64,000 nucleotides of DNA from Phaeosaccion multiseriatum (lineage: Eukaryota > Protista > Ochrophyta, other classes). The notes under the pieces are model-generated. The model saw only the letters and a list, made by a program, of their open reading frames with translations, ran no database searches and was not told the origin of the DNA. This document shows, in pieces, positions 27,505-38,239 of the stretch; the stretch's first letter is position 1; each line of letters opens with the position of its first letter. The stretch lies in contig OZ218956.1 in NCBI GenBank assembly GCA_965112735.1, positions 1,302,001-1,366,000 of the forward strand. Direction: 5' to 3'. Made by a program: the position numbers and the translations under genes.

Positions 27505-29204
27505 ATGATGGCACGGCAGGGCCTGCGTCTGGGGCAGCTTCAGCAGCTCCGCTGTGGTGTGCCCAACGGGGGGACGGGAGGAAGACTGGGGGCAAGTGGG
27601 GGGGGGGTGGGAGTAGGAGGAGGCGTCCTCGCTTTCCGCAGGGAGGCCGGGTCGGCAGGATCGGCGGGCACGGCAGCTTTCAGGTCCTCCAACCGAGGCC
27701 GAAGCTTTGGTCGGAAGGGGGGCATGGCCAAGACGCAGTCGTCTTCGCGCCCTTCCCTGTCGACAGCTACGTGGGGAGGAAGTAGCGGAGGAGGAGGAGG
27801 AGGAGGAGAGGCGATGCCAGGAATAGGGCAGACGATGCTCCTCCGCAAGTTGCAGATACAAATGCAGCAAATCCCGCGGGTGAAGGTGAGAAACCTGTAC
27901 ACGGTCATGACCAGGAAGCGCTCACTCCAACTGCTGGGCTTCAAGATCGAGACGACGCTGAGCAACCTCTGCGGCCACGGAAGCTTTGTGGTGCTGGCCA
28001 TTGCATACATGGAGTCCGACGTGCTGCTGCTGCGAGGATACGCAGTGGGCTCCATCGCGCTGTCGAGCTTGTTTCAGTTCTACCGCCCTCAGCCCCTATG
28101 GATGTAAGTGTTTTGTTTATTACTCTTGTGTGTGTGTGTGTGGAAAACCCGTTCCGTTTCGTTCTTTTCCTTGGGGGCCCGCCCCCCGCGTGCATGCGTG
28201 AAAAGGGGGGGAGACGTTTATACTTCCGTAGTAGTGACGTTTCATTTCCTCCTCCCCTCCCTCCCTCCCTCCCTCCTTCCCTCCATTCCCCAGCCCCATC
28301 TCGTGGGGGGCGGTCTTCTTCCTCATCAACACCGGATTCATTGTGTCCCTGCTGGAGGAGCGTCGCGCCGCCAGCCACATGGAGAGGGATGAGGCTGAGG
28401 TGTTCCAAGAGGTGTATGAGCCCATGGGCCTGAGTGCGCATCAATTCAGGGCGCTCTACCGCCTCGCCTCCACCCGCACGGTGCCCAAGGGCCAGGTCCT
28501 GCAGCAGGCGGGCGATCGGCAAAAGTGCGTGTACCTCATTACATCGGGCAGCGCTCAGACGGAGTTGGAGGGAGAGGCGCACTCCACGCTGGACAAGCAC
28601 GCGTACATCGGTGCGTTCGTTTGCACCGCTGGGTTGTGGCTTGTTGTCCCCTCATTCGACCCTCTCTTCTCTTTCCTCCTCCTCTCCTCCCCCCCCCTTG
28701 CGTGAGGTGTGCAGTGATGAATCATTGTTTTTGACGTCTCTTTACAGTAAAATGCTGAATGGGCGATATTAATTTTTTTGCCAGTTATCCCTCTGAGCAC
28801 CACCTCCGCTCACTTCACTTCCCTTCCCTTCCCTCTCCATTGAAGGCAGATGGCCTCGTTTTGCATTATTATTAGTATTATTTATTGGAGAGGCAACATC
28901 CGTGCTAATCATTCCTACCTGCCCTTTGCACCTGTCTGCGCCTTGACTGACTCTGCAGGCAGCATCGCCTTTCTGCGCTATGCTCTGTTGGAGGGAGAGG
29001 ACGACAGCCCGCCACTCGTCACAACCACGATCCGCACGCAAAGGGAAACGAGGGTCCTCGCATGGGACTTTCAAGAGGTGAGTTGGAGAGGAGAGGAAAG
29101 GGAAACAGAATGCAAAATCGAAGCACATGCACAAAAAGCAACTCTGGTGCGGCCACGGAATCTGAATTTGTTTGACCCCCGAGCCCCCCCCCCGTCTTCT
29201 CGCG

Positions 29205-29243
<39 letters not shown>

Positions 29244-29961
29244 GTCTCTCTCTCTTCAGCTCAAGGAGTTTCTGCTGGCCAATCCCACCATCAAGTCCGC
29301 CTTCAGCACGAGCATCTCCGCGGACCTTTCCTCGGCCATTGACGAGTCCCGCAGCCTCTTTAACCGTTACAGAGACGTGCTCAAAACGTCATTGGACTAT
29401 GGTGAGTGCACTCCCTTGGAGAAGCGCAAGCTCGGCCACTATCGAGAGACGCATGGGGTGACCAAGGGGGTGCATGAACAGGCCCTCCACGAAATGGGAT
29501 GGACAGACCACGAGTTCTCGCTGGGCTTTAAGGAGACCACTCCGATTTACAAGTACGAGGTGCTGCTTCGGGAGGAGGTGAAGGACGGGGTGGTGTCGGA
29601 GGAGGGTCGCAAATTCCTGCGTGCCTATCGGGGGAGGAACGGCATCACAGCGGAGGAGCACTTGCTGGCGTTGGAGAGTCTCGGCTGGACCATGGACAAT
29701 TGGGAGGGGGGGAGGATCCCCAACAAGGGCAACAACGGTACCAGCAGCAGCAACAACAACAACAGCAGCACCAGCAACAGCAAGAGCAAGAGCAAGTCCT
29801 CATCTACTGACGCAGCTGCTGCCCCCTCCAGCACCACCACCACCACCACCATCGGAGCCGCAGCTGCCGCACCCGTGGTCGTAGCCAGCAGCAGCATCGG
29901 TGCCAAGGCGGCGGTGGTGGCCACGAGCAGCAAGCGACGCAGCGAGAAAGAAGAGGGCTGA
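27505..29961 (+). CDS. Popeye-like membrane protein with a cyclic-nucleotide-binding-fold domain and two C-terminal helical repeats; exons 27505-28103, 28294-28610, 28959-29077, 29260-29961
   Basis: Three hydrophobic segments (HGSFVVLAIAY..DVLLLR..QPLWIPISWGAVFFLIN), then E..VFQEVYEPMGLSAHQFRAL and a cNMP-like core (KGQVLQQAGD..VYLITSG..YIGSIAFL..VLAWD). The start codon is uncertain. Confidence 0.8.
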
Positions 29962-31390
29962 ATGGGAAGGTACATGAGGGCGCTGACACAATAGGGCTGA
30001 AGGAAAAGAAGGGGAGGGCAGAGGAGGGCCGTGATACTGTACCAGCAGCGCATGTGATGTGTGTATAAATATGTGTGTGTGTGTATGTGTGTGCCATCAA
30101 CACCACGCGACAGATGTGCACGGTGCCCAGGCAGGGGGTCTTGAAAGCCGTCTTGAAAGCCCTCAAGCTTTCTTGAGCTTGGTCAGTGGAGAGAGGAGAG
30201 GAGAGGGGAGGAGAGGAGGGCACCCGCGGGGCATAGGGTGCGGCCGTAATGCCGTGCACGCATAGCACCTTCGTGGTGGAGCTGTTCTTCTTGTGTTCTG
30301 TGAAGTAGGGGAAGGAAGGACGGGGGAGAGAGGCATTTTCCTGCAGAAACAGGTTTGAGTGTGTTTCAAGGTCGGGAACGGGGTTCCGAGCAGCCGGGGC
30401 AGTTGGTTGGCCCCAGCCCTTTGAACCGCCACCACCCCGAGCAGGGAGAGGTGTACATAGCGAATGGGGAGAGAAAGAGAGAGAGGGGGGGGGGGGTGGG
30501 ATGGTGCACGTTGGGAAGTGGGAGAGATGGGTCAACGTGTTGCTTGGTGTAGTCACACGAGTTGTTCAAGGCCGCCGTCCCCAGTGGTCGGTTGGGGCAG
30601 AGGGCGTACAATTACAATTCAGCACGTACCCCTCCCTGCTAAGGTTCAACAATGAAACATTAAACGAAAGGCCCAAAAACTCCCTTCTCTTCTTTTATTC
30701 TTCATAAATCTTTCCCTACCAATACTTCGGTACGTACAAAGTACAATATACACTATTTGTCAGACGTCTGTGGACGAGAGGCCCTGAAACGCAAACCAAC
30801 GTTGTATACAAACGGCGCTACACCCCCCCCCCCCCCCCTCCCACGAGACCTCCAGTGTCGGTGCTGAAGTTAATGTACTTCCGAGGATCACACGGAAACC
30901 TCGGCTCCTCCCTAGCCTTACTAAGCAGGGGCCAAGGCTTGCGCTTGATCCTTGTTGGTACATCGAACCAAGCAAGAAGCGGTCACTCCAGGGGGTACCG
31001 CTTCGACGGGGTCGGCTGGGCTGCTGACTGTCGGCTGCAAACCACACAAGGCATCCATTTACCAATCCATACACCCATACATCTGTCCATCTATCCACCC
31101 ATCCCTCCACCCACCCCTCCACCCACCCTCCCATCCATCCATCCATCCATCCATCCATCCATCCCCCATGGTGACAAGACGGAGACGCCTCTTAGCACCA
31201 AGCGACCCGTCGTACGTCAACGCTTAACTCCCGAGTGCAAGCAAAGCAAAGCTCTCTCCGGTGCGGTTTAAGCTGGTGGGGACAACAGTGACATGGGCCT
31301 CTGACTCTGGTCCTGGCTCCGACTCTCCCCGCCTACAGCCTCCTCAGCCTCCTCTTGCGTCTGCCTCTGTCTCTGCCCCTCCCCTTGTCC

Positions 31391-34300
31391 TTATCCCTCC
31401 TGCCCCGGTGCCTTCTTGTTTGGCTGTTCTGCGGCCCCTGCTGCTTCCCCGATCCCAACCCCACCCTCGGCCGCCGCCTTTGCTCCAACGTCCATCGACA
31501 CGGCGGGAGACAGAGTGGGTGGCGTGGCTATGCCCGTGTGCATGATACGCTCAAAAGCCTCAAAGTCCAGAGTGCCGTCGCTTGCCACACCTGCTTCTTC
31601 CAGCATCTGGGCGACTTCAGAGTCGTCAAACTGTGGCGGGGAGGTGAGGAGAGGGGAAGGGAGGGGAGTGGAGGGGAAGGGAGGGGAGGGGAAGGGAGGG
31701 GAGGGGAAGGGGAAGGGAGGGGAAGGGAGGGGAGGGGAGGGGAAGGGAGGGGAGGGGAGGGGAGGGGAGGGGAGGGGAGGGGAGGGGAGGGGAGGGGAGG
31801 GGAGGGGAGGGGAGGGGAGGGGAGGGGAGGGGAGGGGAGGGGAGGGGAGGGGAGGGGAGGGGAGGGGAGGGGAGGGGAGGGGAGGGGAGGGGAGGGGAGG
31901 GGAGGGGAGGGGAGGGGAGGGGAGGGGAGGGGAGGGGAGGGGAGGGGAGGGGAGGGGAGGGGAGGGGAGGGGAGGGGAGGGGATGAGAAAAAGGCGGCGA
32001 TGAAGACTCGTACTCCCAAAATACACACGCCAACCCCCCCCCGTTGAGGGTGTGGCTGCTTCTCTCCTCTAGGGTCCCCTCTGCTGCTTCCTCCCCTCTG
32101 GCGTCCCCTCTGTTGCTTGCTGGTTTCGTCTCCTCGTACTCGAACTTGCCTGCACCAGGAAGCGCTTTATGTCTGCTGCGGTAATGACTCCGCTGCGCTT
32201 CCGGTCGAACTTGTCGAACACCGTCTGCAGCGCTTGCTCGCAGTGGCTGCGAGGGTCTCCGAGTAGAGACGCTGCCAGGAAGTCATTGTATCTGGGGCGG
32301 GTGGGAGGCATTCAGAGGGGGGGGGGGGGAGGGGTGCGGTGGGGTGGGTGGATGGGTGAGGAGAGGGGCGAGACAGCCTGGCGAGGCAGCATAGAGGCTC
32401 GTCGCGAAGGCACAGATAGAACAGCAGCAGCAAGCATGCACAATGCACGCACAATGCACAAATCTACTGACCTGATCTTCACCCTGTTGTCCCGCCCATC
32501 GTTGCGCAGGCGGTGCTCCAGCTGCTGCCCCTGCTGCTGCCCCTGCCCTTGCCCTCTCCCCTCCTCCTCCTCCTCCTCCTCCTCCTCCTCCTCCTCCTCC
32601 TCCTCCTCCTCCTCCTGTTGTTGTTGCTGGTGTTGCTGCTGCAGACATGGAAGCTGCTTCATCCCACCACCACCCCCACCACCTCCACCACCATCACCAT
32701 TCCCCGACATATCTTCAGCCACCTCAACGTCCTGCTGTACCCCGTCAATCATAGACTGGATGCTGCTCTTCTCCGCCGTCGCCAGCCCCGCCCCACCCAA
32801 AACCTCCCCCACCTCATCCAGCGCCAGCAGCCCAGTGCCCTCCTTGTCCAGCCTCTGAAACTGTCGCCTCAAGTCAGCCACTTGAGATGAGTCCAGGGAA
32901 AAAGCCACCATTTGCAAGAGAAGCTTGCGAAGCGTCGCCAACCTGTGAAAGTGCCGTAACCGTCGGAGCACGGATTCCTGTGAATGACCACTGCCGCTTG
33001 AGGGAGGGCAATTCTGTCGCTCTTCGCTGTCGACAACCCCCCCATCCACCACACCCCTCCCACCTCCTCCTCCTTCTCCTCCTCCTTCTCCTCCTCCTCC
33101 TCCTCCTCCTTCCTCTTCTTCCCTCGCCTTCTCCTCCTCCTCCTCGGCCGCCACCGCCTTGAGTATCCACGGGTGTTGCGAGGCCTCCTCTGCCGTCATG
33201 CGCTCAACGGGGTCCAGCACCAGCAGCTGCGACACAAAGTCCTTCGCCTCTGAAGTTACTTGTAAATTCGATGGCCATGTCCACTGCGCCTGCTTCACCG
33301 CTGCTAGTACTTCAAAATCGTCACCGCCCCGAAACGGCGACTGCCCAGCTAGAAGCATATAGGTCATGACCCCGAGGCTCCACAGATCACACGCCTGCGT
33401 GTACGAGCCCTTTAGCACCTCGGGCGCAATCGTGTACGGCGTACCCACCGGGGTGTGCATTATCATTGGTGGCGGGACCTCCCCGGTGAGGCTGGTGCTG
33501 CTGCTGACGCTGTTGCTACGACTGCCTCGGCTGCTGCTCCGTGAGAGCTGACGACGGCTTCCTTCGTCATGAACACCGTCGTTGCCACTGCCGCTGCCGT
33601 CACCGGTGCCAGTGCCGCGTTTTCTGCTGCTGTTACTGGTACTGTTATGGCCCAAAGGAATGTGCTTTCTCAGTCCCCACAGAGAAGGGGACTCCTCCGC
33701 AGGTTTGGGGGGGTCATCCTTGCGCATTTGGGGGGGTCGGCTCGGGCGGGGGGTGCCTCGAGTCATGCGAAAGTGCCTGAAGAGGGGAGGGGGGGGGGAG
33801 AGAGAAGGGGGGGGGGGAGCGAGAGAGAACGGAGGGGGCGAGAGTGTGTGAGAGAGAGCGAAAGCGAAGGAAAGGGAGAGAGAGGGAGAATGACTACGCA
33901 GTGAGGGGGTTACAGAATTGATAATGGGAAGGAGGGGTAGGCAAAGAGAGAGGGGGGGGGCGTGGTCAATCTACGCTTGTCAGTGTCGGATGGCAAGGAA
34001 AGAAAGACCACCTTCGTACCCACACCCACCACCAAGACCACCACCACCCACCTTCACACCCACTCCCAAACCTCGACCTTACGAAATCCCTCCCCCCTTA
34101 CCTCGACATTCCAAAGTCGATGAGCTTAAGCTCTGCCTCAGGCCCCTCGCTCTCAAACACCCAATTCTCCAGCTTGAGGTCCCGGTGACAGATACCGTTC
34201 TCGTGACAGTGCCGCACCGCCGAGAGCATCTTCCTCACCAGCTTGGCGCACATGGCCTCCGAGTAGGTCCCCCTCCTCTGCAGTCGATGCAGCAGCTCCC

Positions 34301-34830
34301 CGCCAGTGCAAAGCTCCATGATGAGGTCGATACTTCCTCTCCCAGGGCTCTCATAAATCTCGTGAAGTCGCACAATGTTGGGGTGGTTGAGGGAGGACAT
34401 GATCTCAATTTCGTTCCGCAGCTCTTCAAGCTTCATGAAATCGTGCAATCTGCTTGGTTGGTTTGGTTGGGTGGGTGGGAGGGTGTTGGACATGGGCAGA
34501 GGGGCAGAGGAGGTGAGTCGGCATGGTGATGGTGACCACGCGGCAAGTACACGACCCGCTGACCGACCGACTGACGAACCGACGGACGAGCCGACCAAAA
34601 ACACCTGACCGACCGAATGACCGACTGACCGACTGACCGCCCGACCCACCGACCGATCGGCCGACAGACCCACCCACCATGCACCCACCCACGCACCCAC
34701 GTACGCACCCACCCACACACCCACCTGGTGAGGTTGAGCGTCTTCATGGCGTAGAGTTTGCCAGTTCTCTTATGCCGCACCACCCGGACCACGCCCGAGA
34801 TGCCCACCCCGAGCAGCCCCCCAGCCTTGA
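31391..34830 (-). other. CDPK-like Ser/Thr kinase domain plus calmodulin-like EF-hand lobe of the fusion gene
   Basis: LGVGISGVV..YAMK, ELCTGGEL, HRDLKLEN, DFG, GTPYTIAPE, DLWSLGV, HPW, junction LRRLRHFHRLATLRKL, and EF-hands DKEGTGLL, YNDFLAA, DRKRSGVI, DGTLDFEAF. Confidence 0.93.
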
Positions 34831-35270
34831 CCTTTACCTCCGCCTCAATCTCCTTGCCTCCCCCTATCCCCTCTCTACCAGCCCCCTTCTCCATGTCCTC
34901 GCCCTTCTTCTCCTCCACCTTGTCTTGCTGCTGTATCACCAACTGCTGCTGCTGCTGCTGCTGCTGGTGGTGGTGGTGGTGGTGGTGGTGGTGCTCTACG
35001 TTATCAGCGTCCACAGCATCGTAGTGTGCCCACACGTCCCCAACTTCTCCCAGGATAAGGGACCGAATCATCGTGGCTCTGCTGTTTGCGTCTCCCCCTC
35101 GAAGATCCTGTCCCCCACCCAGCCCCGAGTCAAGTCCTTTCTGCCGTCTTCGCCCCCTGAGGCTCTGGTCTAGATGGAAGGATTTGCGCCTGAACCTGTG
35201 TGTCACGCTCGCCCGCCGCTCATGCTGGTTGGTGGTAGTGAGTGATGAAGTGAGTGAGAGAGAAGGAGAG

Positions 35271-35335
<65 letters not shown>

Positions 35336-36771
35336 ATGGTAAGAAGAGATGGTGGTGCAAAAGCAGGGAGGGCAGTGACAAGGTGTGTTATTGTAGCGTT
35401 CCCAATGGAGCAAGTAGCGTGGAAAGAGAGAGGTGAGAGGAAAGAAAAGACTACACACGCACACGCAGCAGAAGTATATGGGATACAGCAGCAGTCATAT
35501 GGGCAGCAGCATTTGCCGTAGCTACGTAAACGTACATACCTCGAGGAGGTCCTTGGTGTGTCCGAGCCTCCCCCCCGCGTCCGTCTGTCGCATGTCCATG
35601 AGCTCCTCCAGGCACGGCTTGAGCCTCGCGTAGGGGCTGCATCATCAGGTGCCATCAGGTGCCATCAGATGCCAAGGAAGGAAGGAAGGAAGGAAGGGAG
35701 GGAGGGAGGGAGGGAGGGAGGGAGGGAGGGAGGGAAGGAGGGAGGGAGGGAGGGAGGGAAGGAGGGAGGGATGGGGAGGGAGGGAGGGAGGGAGGGAGGG
35801 AGGGAGGGAGGGAGGGAGGGAGGGAGGGAGGGAGGGAGGGAGGGAGGGAGGGAGGGAGGGAGGGAGGGAGGGAGGGAGGGAGGGAGGGAGGGAGGGAGGG
35901 AGGGAGGGAGGGAGGGAGGGAGGGAGGGAGGGACGGACGGACGGAGGGAGAAAGGAAGGGTCAAAACTAGAACAGAAAAGAGGAGAAGCAAGCAGCAGCA
36001 CGACCACCATCACTCCAGCGCGGCGATACGACCATCTATCTTCCATGCGATGAGAGGCCCCCACCCGCACCTGCAAACAACCAACACACTTACTTACCTG
36101 TGGTACTGCACCTCGCGGGTGTGATGCGCTCTTCTCTTCCCTCCCTCTGCCGCGGGATGGTGCGACGCCCCGCCGATCTGGAGCAGGCCGTCTCTGTCTC
36201 TAGGCTTCCTCCGCTTCCCTCTTCGTTGCTTGTCGTCGCCAGACGCCCCTGCTGCTCGCACACGCCGGGGCACGGGGGGTGAGGGGAGGGGAGGGCGGAG
36301 CGAGGATGGCAGTGGATGAAGGGGGACGGGTAGTACAAGCAAAAGAGTGAATCCAAGACAACTTCCCGACTTGCCGTACCTGCGGCATCCATGCCCATGG
36401 ACAGTTGCCAATGGCGGAGGTGAAAGTAGTAGCGAGCGAAACACCCGCTGCTCACGCGAACATTGTACTGCAGCACCTGTGCAAGTAGGAAGAGGAGGAG
36501 GAGGAGGAGGAGGAGGAGGAGGAGGAGGAGGAGGAGGAGGAGGAGGAGGAGGAGGAGGAGGAGGAGGAGGAGGAGGAGGAGGAGGAGGAGGAGGAGGAGA
36601 GGGAATGATAGGGTTCGTCGGTGGGATAGGGTATAGGGTACGCACCAGCACAAATCCCTCGTTTGCAAGCAGGTGTGTGAGTGTTTTCAAAGGTTTCATC
36701 AGACGGCTCACTTGGCAAGTGACGGCGACAACGGCGAGTGGCGAAAAGACCAGAAAAGCAAAACACACACA

Positions 36772-36826
<55 letters not shown>

Positions 36827-38193
36827 CACAGACGGAAAGGATGCCCACCGAATGCCCACCAAATCCATTCAAGGCACCCACCTGCAGTACCGCCACCTCC
36901 AGCTCGTTGATGCGGCGGAGGTTGATGCGACCGACCTTTGGAGCGGTCAACGTTCGCCGGGAGGAGGAGAAGGAGAAGGAGGACAAAGAGGGCGCGTGAG
37001 TGAGCCGCACAGCAGTCACACAGCAGACAGGCAGCACAAAGACGACAGAAGGACAAGCGAGAGTTTAGCGCTCGATCGCTCGCTTGGTTTCCGGGGTTGT
37101 GTATGTTAGTGAGTTAGGTGCGTAAGTTACGTGAGTTACGCACCTTGGAGAAGTCGCAGTTCCACATGCTAAGGTCGTCCCACACTTTGCTGGCGAGCAC
37201 GAGGCCCGACAGCAAGATGCTGTGCCAGTTTGTCTCACAGATGCGCAGCTTGCCCGCGGTTTCGGTAAGCACCTTCTCGATGTAAATGAGGCTCATAATG
37301 ACGCAGTCCTTCTCCAGTTGGGCTGTCTTGAAGATGTAACTGTAAAACTCGAGGACCTGTTTTGTGTGTTTGGTCGTTTGTGGATGTTTTGTATCGAGTG
37401 GAAACAGTCAGGGAATGTGCCATACCGTCAGCCGTCAGCTGAGTTGGGTGGGTCTCTATGCCGTTGATGAAGGCAGGCTCTCCCTCCCTTAGCACCTCCC
37501 CTCTCCCCCGCAATCACATGCATTCAAGGACCCAATGACCAAAAATTCCCACCAAGATGGAAGACACCCAAGCGCATCTACCTACATTGGTGCAGTACCT
37601 ACCAGACACCCAAGTGCATGCACCTACCATGCACCCAAGTGCATGTACCTACCAGACACCCAAGTGCATGCACCTACCATGCACCCAAGTGCATGTACCT
37701 ACCAGACACCCAAGTGCATGCACCTACCATGCACCCAAGTGCATGTACCTACCAGACCCCCCAAGTCCATGTACCTACCAGACACCCAAGTGCATGCACC
37801 TACCATGCACCCAAGTGCATGTACCTACCAGACCCCCCAAGTCCATGTACCTACCAGACCCCCCAAGTCCATGTACCTACCAGACACCCAAGTGCATGCA
37901 CCTACCATGCACTCAAGTGCATGTACCTACCAGACCCCCCAAGTCCATGCACCTACCATACACCCAAGTGCATGTACCTACCAGAACCCAAGTGCATGCA
38001 CCTACCTGGTCATAGGTGGGCAGGACGGGGTGGCAAGACATCATCGGCGCCACCCCTCCCGAGGGCCTCACGCGAATGACCGACCCTCCCGCCCGGGAAG
38101 AGCACGGGCTGCCCCGAATGGCCGAGTCATCGAAGATGTGAAACTGTCATCGGTCGTCGGGCGTCGGAGATACAAGAGAGAAAGAGAGAATGA

Positions 38194-38239
<46 letters not shown>

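Noticed and set aside
30850-31000. Short hairpins between convergent genes (snoRNA-like?)
   Set aside because: The stems are short and no box motifs could be assigned; an Rfam search would be needed.
31391-32047. Extensin-like (SPPLP)n or GEGRG ORFs
   Set aside because: They derive from the (GGGGA)n intron array; only 31630-31391 is a plausible exon.
37535-38239. Cys/His-rich repeat ORFs, or a CRISPR-like array
   Set aside because: This is an intronic minisatellite with no unique spacers, antisense to the cyclin gene.
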